Part shown: one piece after another, positions 22,340-35,634 of the stretch | Layout of the letters: every line of letters starts with the position of its first letter | Position numbering within the stretch: position 1 is the first letter of the stretch | Notes under the pieces: generated by a model | Seen by the model: only the letters and a program-made list of their open reading frames with translations | The model's database searches: none | What the model was told of the DNA's origin: nothing | Assembly (NCBI GenBank): GCA_963575745.1 | Contig: CAUYUJ010000098.1 | Location: 62,001 to 118,276 of the forward strand | Source of the DNA: Prorocentrum cordatum | Taxonomy: Eukaryota | DNA length: 56,276 nucleotides | Direction: 5' to 3' | Made by a program: the position numbers and the translations under genes

Positions 22340-24214
22340 GTCAAGAATTGGCCACCGCGCGTTGCTGCAACAAGCGTGCCCAACTATCCGTGCTGTCTCA
22401 CTGACGTCGATGCTCCGTGCGAAGCGAGCGCGCGATAAATGATGGTCTGTCGGAGTGTGCCGTGCTCAAGAGGGGGGAGAGGAAGAGTAACACCCTCGTG
22501 CCCGTTGTGAATCACCAGAGAGCTCGCCCCTTGGCCCCCAGCCCCCGCCAAGCCGACGCCAAGGTGCGAACACGTAGGCGGGCGCAAAACCGCCGCCAAA
22601 AACGGCCAACGAAGCATTCTTAACTGCGAGTAGAACTGCCAACTGGATGACACCCACCTCACCCCTCAAACTGCCACCAGAATCCGCTGGCACGCTGAGG
22701 CGTGGTAGAATGCCACGGGCTGTCTGGTAGGCCCTCTGTAATCTTCAGAGGGACCGCCCCCCTCCCCGACCGCCCCCCTCCCCTTGCCATCGCTCGGGCG
22801 TCTATCCCTTGTGCATTGTTTGGTCTCGTGCGCGTTTGTCTTCATCAAGATGATCCGATGTGCTCCAAGATGGTCCTGAGTTTCTGGCGCTGGCCGCGCC
22901 AACAAAATGCGCACGTCTGGGCGATGCCAGGTCGATTCGTTCGGCTTGCGGGGAACAGTGGGCCTCGAGGCTGCCGTCGCGGAGTGGCGCTGTTGGGCGG
23001 GGGGCGTTGCGAGCGACCGCCAACTTGAGCGGCCGCGCGGATGCGCCGCAGGTGGCCGATTTGAGAAGCACTACTTGCGAAGAGTCGCTGCTTGACTACC
23101 TACTAAGCCACACCAACCTAACCTGAAGATACCAATCTCGGTTTGGGGGGTATGCGGGTTCCACACGTTTTTTGTATCACGGTTCCCCGATCCACCCCCC
23201 CATTTGAAATGGAGGGGTGGTTGGTTGGGGGGCTGGGGTGGTTTGGTGGGTGGTGACTGTTGCTGGTTTGCGGGACGGGAAAATGACCACAACCACTGCT
23301 TCTTGTTTGGGCCGCCTTCCAGCTGGCCGAAAAAGAAGCAGTGGTCGTGGTCATTGCCCTGGTGCCAAGCTCAACGAACATGACCACAACCACTGCTTTG
23401 TTTCTGCTGGCTGGACGGCGGCAACAAAAGAAAAGCAGTGGCTGTGGTCGTTTTCATGTCCCGTATGGTTCTATCGCGCTGCGTGGTTCGAGCAGCTTGC
23501 GGGGGGGGGGGGGGCAGGCCATATGCGCACCTCGGCCCAGGGGCCCTTCAGGCAACACCCGCATCTGGTCGCCAGCAGCGCCCCCCCCCCCCCCTCCAGA
23601 GGCTGGCCAGGCGGCCTCCTCCTGCTCCTGCTCCTGCTGCTGCTCCTCCTCCTCCTCTCCTCCTCCTCCTCCTCCTCCTCCTCCTCCCTCCTCCTCCTCC
23701 TCCTCTCCTCCTCCTCCTCCTCCTCCTCCTCCTCCTCCTCCTCTCCTCCTCCTCCTCCTCCTCCTCCTCCTCCTCCTCCTCCTCCTCCCCCTCCTCCTCA
23801 TCCTCCTACCCCCTCCCTCTCCCCCTTCTCCTCCTTCTCCTCCTCCTCCTCCTGCTCTCCGAGGCGCCGAAGACGCCCAGGCTTGCTTCCAAGACGGCCT
23901 TGGCTGACCATTCAGGCTGCCAAGATGGCCCAAGGTGCCTCGAAGACGGTCCACAAGGGTCCCAAAGACAACTTCGAATGACCTCAAGGCGGCCCACTGA
24001 GCCCCCAATATGGCGCAAAAAAGTGCTGCAAGATGAGCCCGAAGATGTCAACATCACTAATTCCCCACAACTGTTTGACACACTTTCGCTTTCTCGCCTG
24101 TTTGGTTTTTGTCAGCAAACGACGGCCCAAGAGGTCTCCAAGAAGGCCCCCAGGCGGCTCAGGAAGCTCTTAAGACAACCCCAAGGGGGCTCTCAAGGTG
24201 GCCCTAGAGAGGGA

Positions 24215-24271
<57 letters not shown>

Positions 24272-24459
24272 GAGAGAGACACCCACATAAAGAGAGAAGC
24301 GACACATAGGGAGAGAGACAGTAAGGGAGGACCAGGAGCTGCGCTGAGAGATGAATGAGGACGGGGACGAGGAGACGGAAGAGGAGGAAGGCCGACGAGG
24401 AGGAGGAGGAGGCGGAAAGGTCAGAAGATGATACAGGAGGAATCATATGCGGATGGCGA

Positions 24460-24629
24460 TAACGATGATGATGCTGCTGATGATGCTGATGATGATGCTT
24501 ACGCTGATGAAGCTGATGATGTTGTGTCGTAAGCTGAATGCGGCGATACGAATATTGATGATGATACTGATACTGGTGCTGCTGATGCTGATGCTGCTGC
24601 TGATGATTGTGATGACGATGGTGATGATG

Positions 24630-24663
<34 letters not shown>

Positions 24664-24940
24664 GGATGTGGATGATGAAGGTGATGGTGATTGTGATGAT
24701 GGTGACGCTGATGATGGTGCTGCTGTAACTGCTGATGATGATGACGATGCTGATGACGATGATGATGCTGATGATGACAATGTTGTTGCTGATGGCGACG
24801 ATGATGACGATGATGGATGGTAATGATGCAGATGATGATGGCGATGATGATGCTCATGATGATGATGCTGATGATGATGATGCTGTTGCTGATGATGATG
24901 ATGATGGTAATGGTAATGGTGATGGTGATGATGATGATGG

Positions 24941-24975
<35 letters not shown>

Positions 24976-25120
24976 GTGATGACGTGGAGGAGGAGGAGGA
25001 TGAGAAGGAGGAGAAGGAAGAGGGGGAGGGGGAGAAGGAGGAGGGAGGAGGAAGAGGATGAGAAATAGGATGATGGTGATACTGATGATTAAACTTATGA
25101 TGCTGATGATGATGATGATG
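24460..25120. repeat. (GAT)n microsatellite
   Basis: Direct inspection; (CAT)n also at 40196-40303. Confidence 0.9.
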
Positions 25121-25436
25121 AGGAGGAGGAGGAGGAGGAGGAGGAACACGAGGAGGAGGATGAGGGAGGAGGAGGAAGAAGCGGACGAGGACGTGAACGA
25201 CAAGGGCTGTGAACCAGGGGGAGATGAGCATGGGGAGGAGGAGGGGAAGAGGCGGACGAGGAGGAGGCGGCAGCAGAGGAGGGAGGCGGAGGGAGGAAGG
25301 GACAGGAAAAAGGGGGTGGGGGTCGACATAATGCTGGCAAGCCAGAGATGCAGCAGGAGGAGCCACGCGACCCGGCCCCGATCGCGCAAGGGGCGCCCGG
25401 CTGCCCCGCGGCGCCCGTGCGCGCGGGGCGAGGCGC

Positions 25437-25482
25437 CTCTCGAAGTCGCGGTACGGGAGCACCGCGGGGAGCAGCAGGGCAC
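25437..25482 (-). CDS. Exon 4 of CDPK-like gene: (G)ALLLPAVLPYRDFE(R)
   Basis: gggcag|GT acceptor, AG|gc donor; phases 1 and 2 match both neighbours. Confidence 0.78.
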
Positions 25483-26873
25483 CTGCCCGGCGGCGCGCCC
25501 GCACGCCTCTGCGAGGGAGGCGGGAGGCGGCCGTCGACGCGCAGGGGCCTCTTTTTCTTTCTGGGGGTGGTCCTCCTCCTCCTCCTCCTCCTCCTCCTCC
25601 TCCTCCTCCTCCTCCTCCTCCTCCTCCTCCTCCTCCTCGCCAATACATCGGCGACGCCAGCGCGGAGGACGTCGGGCTCCACATCGAGCCGCATCGGAGA
25701 TGAATCGGGGATGCGGTGCGACGATCCGCCCTCATCTACTCGAACCATCTGGGAGGCCCACAATTCAGCAGCTTTGACTATCTGGGGTTCTGTGGGGGTT
25801 TTCGTGTAATGATGTGTGTGCGCAAGTGTGGAACGAGCGCGCACATGATAGAGAAATGCAGTTGCGCAGCACAGAACGCGCGCGCGGGTACCAGGCGAGA
25901 CCCGTGCCCACCCAGCCAGGACTCGAAGCAACCACGAGGCGCCCATGGGCGGGAACGTGGAGACCACCCGATCCACACGGCCAACAACTTAAGTTCCAAG
26001 TCCAAACTCCCAAGTGCAAGCGCTGTTTTTTTGGGAACAAGCAAGCATTAGTGTCAGAAATCAATCACACAGCGGCATGCCGCAAATGCCGTGGCACCGA
26101 TTTGGGGTGTTCTGGGGGGGGTCGCTCGGGGCACATTTCGGCGCACTTGGGGGTTACTTTGGGGGGCTCGTTTGGCTTGGATACGCTCTGGACACATGGG
26201 GTGCTTCACCAGAGGGTGGAACTCCTCCTGGGATTTCGGACGCACCGTCGTGGCGCGCATTGCTGTCAAAATGCACTCGATCCATAAGGCATGCAGTAGT
26301 AATTCACACAGAACGCAGTAACATAATTGTAATGCTGTCTGCCCGTAGCTTCTGGCTCTCAAATTTGCAGGGAGCTCAACAACCGGTCCACCATCCCAAG
26401 CAGGTGGGGGAGCCCCGAACGACTCACACCACGAAGAGCCCGAACGACTCACACCAGGAAGGAGGGCCCGAACGACTCACACCAGGACGAGAAGCCCGAA
26501 CGACTCAAACCACGAGGAGCGCTTTCTCTCCCTCCACCTCCGCCTCGTCCTTCTCCCGCTCCCACCACAAGGAGGATGTACAAGGAGGCGGGAGGAAGGA
26601 GGAACAGGGGAGATATGCGGGGGCAGGCGGAAACACGCCTGAAAAACACGACTGTCGGCATGCTTCGCTAGAGTTGCTGTTTTGAGATGGGCTGGTGGGG
26701 ATACACGAAGCGTGGAGAATTTTAATGTTGTCTGCCCGTAGCTTCTGGCTCTCAAATTTGCAGGGAGCTCAACAACCGGTCCACCATCCCAAGGAGGTGG
26801 GGGAGCCAGAACAAACTAGCACAGTGCAGATTGACCGCGAAGCCACAAAAGAGAGGTGCTTCACCAGAGGGAG

Positions 26874-27070
26874 GATCGGGTCGGGCGAAAGGGGGGCATA
26901 GCAAAGGGGGGGGTTGAGAATCAGCTCAAGTAGCTGATTTTCCCGGCGCCTCCCGGCGCCAGAGGCGGCTATGTATCGAGGAATGGGCCCCTCGGTGAAG
27001 CCGAAACCAGCAGCATGCAGCAAATTTCGTAACCCGCCTTTCCCCAATCCCCCCCTTTCGTCCGGCCCGA
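26874..27070. mobile_element. MITE (~200 bp); copies 29103-29303 and diverged about 46867-47078
   Basis: TIR GATCGGGTCGGGCGAAAGGGGG / CCCCCTTTCGTCCGGCCCGA; this copy splits a sequence that is contiguous at 26201-26260. Confidence 0.7.
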
Positions 27071-30000
27071 GAAGAACTCCTGGGACTTCGGGTGCGCCGT
27101 CGTGGCGCACATGCGTGAACGGTGAACAACGCCCGCACGAATGTCCACGCGAGGGGACTGCGCGGGGCTGCGCCGGAGCGCCCGCGAGCACGCAGTGGAC
27201 TCTATAGGATGAAGAGACACGCGGCTTGCGTGTGTTCTTCGAGTTTGGAAGGCTATGCTCCAGCTCGCTCCACGTTGGTGTCTTGGCCAAGTCGGCCACG
27301 GCATCAGCATCGCCAGCAAGACCCAAACGCAAGTAAAGGCTTGGTGGCGCACGCAAGTGCAGCCGCCAAGAAGGGAGGTGCCCGAGGTGCCTTCACGAAT
27401 CCACATGCAGTCGGACTTCGCACATGAATGGAAGCACAAACACTCCCAAGGCGTCCCATCTGCGCCGCCATTGCAAGGTGCCTCGGGATGCCACCCCGAG
27501 ACACGGCCACCGGCACCACCTCCACTTGGCCGCCGGCCTCAAACAGCGGAGACACCACTGCCCGAGGACTTTAGTTCCCGCGGCCCCCCCGTCGGGGGAC
27601 CCCTTCGAATGACCCCATCGGGCCCCTCTCAGGGGTGGTACGGCGGGCCCGCACCTACTGTGGTTGGCAAGCCACAGGGCAAACACCAAGCCTCTGCGCA
27701 CTTCAAGGGGAGGTGTGATGTCAGGGCGGGGCTGCGCACGCAGCCCTCTCAAGTTCCTGCGGTTGCCTGGCTCCGCCGACTGCCGCCTGCCAGGGGTGCA
27801 AAAAGGTGCAGTTGCGCGAGATGGCTGGCTGTCCCCCGCGCAAACCTGTGGGCGTTCCGAATGAGGCATTGCCTTCGTGGATCGAAGGAGTGACCATCTC
27901 TTCCGCGGCGGAAGGCGGCGGAAGGTCGGCGGAGCTAAAACGGCGGCGGCTCCGCAGGCTGAAGCCGGCGGAAGCAAAACTCGACCTCCCAAGAGACGAC
28001 AACACTTTGGGTTCAGGGTTTCCACGATCGGCCATTTGTCGGCCCAACATGGCTGAAACCGATGTCGTTATATAAAACATTGTGGCCCGTACCTCGCCCT
28101 AGCGACTTACATGGGATCCTCACTTCGTCTGGAGGTCGGCGGACTGGAACAAGCCTCTCGAATCCAGAAAAGCAAACAATGGCATGAACATCAACTTTCA
28201 GAGGTCCGCGTGGATTTTTCAGATCGGCGCTGGACCCCGCTCCCTGGCGCGCGGGTTCCAACACCGATCCGAGAAATCTGCGCGGACCTCAGAGTTCTCA
28301 TGTTAATGTCATTGCTTGCTCCGCGACGGATGCAATCAGCCCGTACAATGATGAGGCGCGGTAAGGATGCAAGGGCCTCGAAGGCCATGCCGGCGTTTTC
28401 GAAAAGGGCTGGTCAGCGAAAAGCACCAACGATGGACCGAAGGGGCAAGGATGCAAGGGTAACCTTGGGAAACCGCCCATTCTTATACTATGCAGTCTGA
28501 CTGTCTGAAGCGAAGGCCGGGTGGCGTGCCCGCAGGCCCCAAAAACTCCCGGACAACCCGGCCATCGGTTGGCAACGAGCAGCAGCCGGCCGCCCAGGGT
28601 GGGAAGCCCTAGGGCTCCCAACTTCGCGCTTCGCGCTGCGCGAAGCGCGAATAACTTCGCGCTCTCGCGCCGCCCTCCCAAAGGGAGAATAGGAGGACGA
28701 GGAGGAGGGGGAGAAGGAACGAGGACCGCGAAGCGCGAATAACTTCGCGCCCTCGAGGGAGCCCTTGGAAGCCACACTCTCCCGCGGCTGCCAGTCAGGC
28801 ATCCTCGCAGCGCCCTGCTGGAGGCCGCAGTGTGCCTCGAGCGCCCTTCCTCCGGCGCGGAGGCGATCCGCTCGCGCGCTCGAAGAAACCGGGGGCGCGC
28901 GGCGTCGTGGGGACCAAGCACCACGACATAAACGTCAAAACTCGGATCGGCGCAGGAGCCCTTGGCGGCGCCTCTGGGCCGCCCCCGGCGCGCTCCGCGC
29001 GCAGAGGGGGGTCCAGCGCCGATGCGAGAAGTCCGTGCGGACCTCCGAGTTGTTATGCGTATAACATTGTTTGTTCACCCAGTTCCTCACTGCGAGCGCT
29101 CAGATCGGGTCGGGCGAAAGGGGGGGATTGCAAAAAGGGGGGGTTTGAGAATCAGCTCACGTAGCTGATTTTCCCGGCGCCTCCCGGCGCCGGAGGCGCC
29201 TATGTATCGAGGAATGGGCCCCTCGGTGAGGCCGAAACCAGCTGCATCCAGCAGATTTCGTAATCCCCCCCTTTCCCAATCCCCCTCTGTCGTCCGGCCC
29301 GATCAGAACGAAGGCGAATGCCCAGCGCCGCCCGGGTGCGCGCGCAACTCCTGGGCAGACGTGCCGGGGGCTGCCTTGTGCAAAGGCAGGCCCCCTAGGC
29401 AAGCTCTGGCAAGCCTACAGGGCAAGTTTTAATGCATATGATGTTTGAAAGTATAAGAATTTTAATACATGATTAATTTATGAATAAATTTATGCACGAA
29501 CTCATCGTTGTTACTAATACCAGATCCCTGCATTTTTAATACATGATCCGCACGCGGAGCATGTATTAAGAACGGCACTGTAGTGGGGAAATCAAAAGGT
29601 ACCGGTACCACTACTCCCCGGACCTCTCTGGGGGCGCGTTCTGACCAGAATTCCGAGGCGAATCCAACAGTGCCGACGAGAATCCCAGGAGAGCGAAAAA
29701 GGGGAAGACGGGCGAAGGGATGTGTACCTTTTCCTCCTCTGGCCCAGAGCCTAGCAGCCTGAAACCTGCCTTGGAGCCGCCTGGGACCTAGGCTTAGGTC
29801 GGGCATGTCCCCCTACAGGCGGCCTTGGACGAACAATGCAAAATAGCTAACAAATGCTTACAAATAGCCTAAAATCATGAGAACAAATCGTCCCCATACT
29901 ATGTTTTGACTATGTTTGAACATTCCCCCTGTAGGGGGACAGGCCCGACTGAAACCTGGGCAGCTCCGAGGCAAAAGCTCTGGCAAGCACGCTTCACGAC

Positions 30001-31499
30001 CTGCGCGGGCGCCCCCGCCAGCGAGCGAGCACGCCTGCGCGCGCGTGCGGGCGCGGCCGCGCGCGCCCCTCGGCGCGGCCTCCGACGCTGCTTCGCTGCC
30101 CGGGGTCCTGGACTGCACGGGCTCGGGACATGTGCAGGTTGTTAGGCGCAGGGTTCCTTTACGGAGTGATGGAGAAATCGGATTTTTGCCCGCTAGATTC
30201 TTGGCACGTGGAGGATTGTCGGGCCGCTCAGAGGTCTCCTCATCTCGGGCCATTCAGCGGCTGTTCCTGACAGTCGCAGGTCAATGCGACCCGTTGGTCG
30301 GGGGATCACGACCCCGCGCCCCGCGCTGCCAGTGGGTGGGGGGAAAGGTAAATCGGGGGCGCGCAAACATGGATTAGCAATCCATGGGCTTGGCGCGCGG
30401 TCGCCACATCCATGGACCGGGGGAGGCGCCCTCTCCAAAATGCGGCCGGTGCCGCCTCGCTCGGCGGCTGAAGTCCGCGATGTGCCATGGAAACGAGACC
30501 CGCCGCTAACCCACGCCCCCTTGATCCATGTTGGCGATCGCCTGACCACTGTGTTGTACGTGGACGCCCGAATTATGCGGGATAACCGCGGTCCGGGGTA
30601 ACTCCGGTTTGGGCCCCCGAGGCGCGACTGACTGCCCCCAGCCCTGATACTTCCGAAGGGTTGGACGCCCGAATTATCCAGGATAACTGCGGTTCGGGGT
30701 AACTCAGGTTTGGGCCCCCGAGGCGCGAATATGTAACTACCCCTGACTGCCCCCATCCCTGATAATTCCGGGCACTGGTGCACAGGTGTTACAACTTTCC
30801 GTGCTGCACAATGGCATTTACATCCCCCCGGTGTCGTCGTCGCCGTCGTCGTCACTGTCGCAGTTGCCTTCGGCATCGCCCTCGGCATCGCCGTCGGCAT
30901 CGCCGTCGCCACCAATGTCGCCGTCACCTGTGCCGTCGCCGTCAAGACGAGGAGACCTGCTCCCCGGGCGACGGGGTCGATACATCTCCACATCCACCGA
31001 CCCTGGCCACGCCATCCATCCAGCGCCTAGGATCGGTGTCTACGCGCTGAGATGGATGTTTTCTCAAACGCTATGCCTGCAACATCAGGCGGCCTGCACC
31101 GTCGCCCTTGTCGGGCTCTGGCCTGATCCAATCAAAGCTGCGGAGAAAAGAGGGTGCGAGCACGTGCAAAAAACAGAGGCGGAGGATAGATCGAGGGGAG
31201 GGGGAGGAGGGGGGAGGGAGGAGGGGGGGGCGGAGAAGGGGAGGAGGAGGAGGAGGAGGAGGAGGAGGAGGAGGAGGAGGAGGAGGAGGAGGAGAGGAGA
31301 AGGAGGAGAAGGAGGAGGAGGAGGAGGAGGAGGGATAATCTCTCAGATCCAACCGTCCTGAGAGATGTATCGGGCGCCGCGGTCTTCTCAGAGCGTTCTG
31401 GAACGCTCTGCGAGGGTTCGGGGGTAACGCTCTGGAGCGGATGACTTCTCGCCCGAGCCCCGTCCGAAGGTGGTCAGCTGGCGTTCTCCGAGCCTCCCC

Positions 31500-31530
<31 letters not shown>

Positions 31531-31694
31531 TCGTCGCCGTCGCCGTCGCCCTCGGCACCGCCCTCGGCAGCGCAGTCGGCGGCGCCGTCGCCACCGTCGC
31601 CGCCGGGGCCGTCGCCGTCACCTGCGGCGTCGCCGCCAAGACGAGGAGGCCGGCTCCCCGGGCCCCTGGCCCTGCCCCCCGGGGCCCCGCCCAC

Positions 31695-31737
31695 CCAGCG
31701 TGTAGCACAGCGTCTTGTTGCGGAGGTCGCGGGCCAC
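31695..31737 (-). CDS. Exon 3 of CDPK-like gene: VARDLRNKTLCYTL(G)
   Basis: gcgag|GTG acceptor, G|gtgggc donor; in phase. Confidence 0.78.
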
Positions 31738-32860
31738 CTCGCCGTCGGGGGCGGCGGGCGAGGGCGTGTGCTGCGGGGGAGGGGGGCGAAGGCAGAATCG
31801 GGACACGTCCGGATGGGGATGGACCAGGACACGCCGAGAGCTATAGGTCACCCAAATTCGCGCCCTCGCGCCCCGCGATGCGCGATGATCTTCGCGCCCT
31901 CGCGCTCCCGCGACGCCCCCTTGGAGAAGGGCAGCCTCTCAGGCCCAGGCCGCGACGCTCGAAGCGCGATTGTCTTCGCGCCCTTGCGGATGACCTAGAT
32001 GAACCAGGAAACCTCCTCCTCCTCCTCCTCCTCCTCCTCCTTCCTTCTCCTCCCTCCCTCCCTCCTCCTCCTCCTCCTCCTCCTCCTTCTTCTGCTCCTC
32101 CTCCTCCTCCTCCTCCTCCTCCTCCTCCACTCTGAGAGCCAGCCATTGGGGGAGGCAGAGGAGGGCGCATGAGAGTGGGAGGGCAGTGGTACATCGGAGC
32201 AGTCCGCCCCATCCCCATGCCCAGGCGGGCCACGGTTAAGACGAAGCCAGGACGAGGATAACTAGAATTGGGTGAGGACGAATCGAGACTCTCTGAGATC
32301 CCGCGGCCCTGGAGGATGTCCAGGGTGCCGGCCTTCCCAGAGCGTTCCGAAACGCTCTGGGAGCGTTCTGGAACGCTCTGGAACTGACTTATCCTCGTCC
32401 TAGCCCAGACCGAAAGGTTCCTTAGGAGGAGGAGGAGGCGGAGGAGGAGGAGGAGGTGAGGGAGGAATAGGAGGAGGGGAAGGAGGAGGAGGAGAAGGAG
32501 GAGGAGGATGAGGAGGAGGAGGGGGAGAAGGAGGTGGAGGAGGAAGGGAGGGAAGGAGGAGGAGGAGGAGGGGAAGGAGGAGGAGGAAGAGGAGGAGGGG
32601 AAGGAGGAGGAGGAGGGGAAGGAGGAGGAGGAGGGGAAGGAGGAGGAGGAGGAGGAGGAGGAGGAGGAGGAGGAGGAGGAGGAGGAGGAGGAGGAGGAGG
32701 AGGAGGAGGAGGAGGAGGAGGAGGAGGCGGAGGAGGAGGGTGGGCACGGCCCGCCGAAGAGAGGGCACCTGTCCCGACCAGTGGACGTCCTCTGGTCGGG
32801 CAGCGGTGCCAAGGTGTGTTCCCAGCGGGGACGGAGGAAAATCTGGCGATGCGGAGGATA

Positions 32861-33013
32861 CTGTCGGGGTTGATTGGAGGGGACACGCGAGAGGACACAT
32901 GACCCTTCCGAGCGTCAAATTGCCATAGAAACGTCGGAGGCATAGGTCGCAAAACAGAGGACACATAGGTACTCTTGATGTGGCAGGGTCGACCTAATAA
33001 TCGACCTCGACTG
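32861..33013. mobile_element. Tc1/mariner-type MITE family 2; second copy 45729-45891
   Basis: TA-C(A/T)GTCGGGGT(T/G)GATT...AATC(G/A)A(C/A)CTCGACTG-TA in both copies; shared GGACACGCGAGAGGACAC core. Confidence 0.75.
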
Positions 33014-35634
33014 TACAGTCAGCCCGTCTCACAAGGATGAACGGTAAGGACGCCGGGACCTTGAAGGCCATTTCGAAGCTCCTCGAGCCGGGCGCGGCCC
33101 ACGAAAGTGGCCAAGGATGGGCCGAGGGGGCAAGGATGCAGGGGTACACTCGGGAAGGTTGCCCGTCCCTGCTATGCGGGTGGACTGTGAGAGGGGGGGC
33201 ACGGAATGGGAACAGCAGGATACCGAGGAGGAGAGGGGAGGTACAGTCGAGCTGCTAAAATGAGGAACGACACGTAGATACGGTCAAGCCGTAGAAAAAG
33301 GACGCACGATAAGCATGCAAGGGCCTTGGAAGGCCACTTCGACACTCTGCGAGCGGGGCGCGGCCAGCGAAAGCGGCCAAGGATGGGCCGAAGCCTTCGC
33401 TCGCGCCTTGGCTGCACGACGAGAAGGCGGAGGTGGAGGGGAGGGGAGGCGTACGCGTCGTTCATTTCTAATCGTGCTCGTCTCTAATTGTGCTCGTTTC
33501 GCATTCTTCCTGGCCCCCTAGTGGCCAGGAAGAGGCCCGGGATAGAACGATTAGATATGAAAAGATCTAGCCCCCCCGAAAAATCGAAGAACTTTCGAAG
33601 CATTAGAAATGAATAATGTGAAGACAGGGCGCAGGATAAACTGGAGGCGGGGAAAGGAGGAGGATGAGGAGCAGGCGAACAAGCTCATGATGAAGAGGGA
33701 GGGCCAGCGCGCTCGAGGTGAGCTGCACGGAGAAGGGCGCTCGCACCACGGAACGCACAAGCAGAAGCGAGCCGGCACGCTCGGGTCGAGGGCACCGTGC
33801 GCCGCGGAGGGCCGCCAAACGCCACACCGCAACACTTGCGGGGAACTTCTGGGCTTCCACGAGCAAGGGGCCCAGGGACACACACACATAAAAAACAAAA
33901 TACACACACAAATGGCAGGATTCCTTATATTTTCCCTTATCTTCTGGGTTTTCGTCTCCCCCCCCCACTTCCCATATTTTCTTGGGAATCGACGATTAAT
34001 TGTGTCTGCGTGTTTTTTAACCTCCTGACACGAGCACAAGCGCCTGTGAAGTCCAAAACCGGGATAGCAGAGCGCCAGAAGGGCGTGCAGAGGCCTCTCG
34101 AAGCTCAGGAAGCTCCTGGGAGGAGCCACCTCTCTGGCAAAAACGCTGGCAGCAGCGCGGGCCACACGACGTGCGCACGCCGCGGGTCAACACGCTCGAA
34201 GGCTTGGAGCTTCCCTGCAGGGCAGGAGCAGCGGCACCAGCGCTAGCAACGCGAAGCGCAACGGAGACGAGCGGGCAAGCTCGGAACGAGTTTCTGAACA
34301 GTAGTGCAGTCAACCCGTAACAGAAGGACGCACGATGAGATTGCAAGGGCCTTGGACGGCCATGCCGACACTCTGCGAGCGGGGCGCGGCCAGCGAAAAC
34401 GGCAAAGGATGGGCCGAAGGGGAAAGATGCAAGCACAACCATGTAAAATCGCTCATCCTTGCTATGCGGGTTGACGGTGTCGGCAACAGTATTGGCAACG
34501 CAGAATGCACCAGAAGTGACCCGGGACGTTCGAAGTGAGCTTCCTGAAAGCACTGCTGGCGGCGCACTGCGCGCGAGCCAACACGATTGGAGTGAACTTC
34601 CCTGTGAGAATGCTGGCGACAAGACTGGCAACGCGGCGTGCACTGGAAACGGAAAAAAAAACAAGATTGGAATGCACTTCCTGCCGCCAGCGATGGCAGT
34701 GGCCCGCTCCAGAAACTTTACGTCGAGACATGCGCTACCCATCGGTCGGAAGAAGTAGGTAGAAACATGAAGTAGGAAGGCGTTGGAAATAGATTGGGTT
34801 TCCGCACGCCTCCTGAAGAGGAAGGAAGAGGGAAATCCACTCGACTCTTGAAGTAGGAAGGCGCTGAAAATAGATTGGAATCTGGGAATCCACAAATACC
34901 TACTTTCAACGACCGATGGGTAGATCTCTGGTCGATTCGATCGTCTGCCGGCCTTCCGCCTGCGGAATCGCCTTCGTTCCTCTGCCCTCCGCCGGCTGTC
35001 CGTCCAGGCCTCTCGCTCCCTCGAGAGCGAGGCCCCTTCTCCGGCACGCCCTCTCGGTGCGGTGGGAGCGAGCCATCTCCGGCACGCGAGGCTCACGGAG
35101 AGGACACCCAAACACCCGACGCCGTGTTTTTGTTCGCGGCCGGGCCCCCCTGGAGGTCTGAGCCCCGTCCTGGGGACACTCTCCTAGATCATGATCCGTT
35201 CTCGGCCCCAGAACCTGGCAAGGGCCCCCAAAGCCGGACAACACGCCAACACGGTCACGACGCCAGGGTGTCTGCGCACTGGCCCATCGCACCTGTAGAG
35301 GCGGAGCAATCAAGTTCGTCTAGTGGTCCCCGACGGTCCACCGAATCTTCTGGAGGTTTGTGAGGCCCCCGCAAAAACGGCCAAGACAAGTGAACATCTT
35401 GATCCTTGATCCTTGTATGTGAGGAGTGCACCTATCCTTCTATTCCTCCGAGCGAACGATGCCTGCCATGCTGCAGCTGGAGGATCGAAGGACGAGGAAC
35501 AGGAGCGAGGATTATTTTTGTTTTGTTTCCTCGGGCCCGGGGCCACTGCTTGTTTTTTTGTTTATCGTTTATAGTCGAAGAATCCGCCACCCCGCGCGGG
35601 GTAATGAGTGAAAGCGACAGCAAAATAGATGAAC

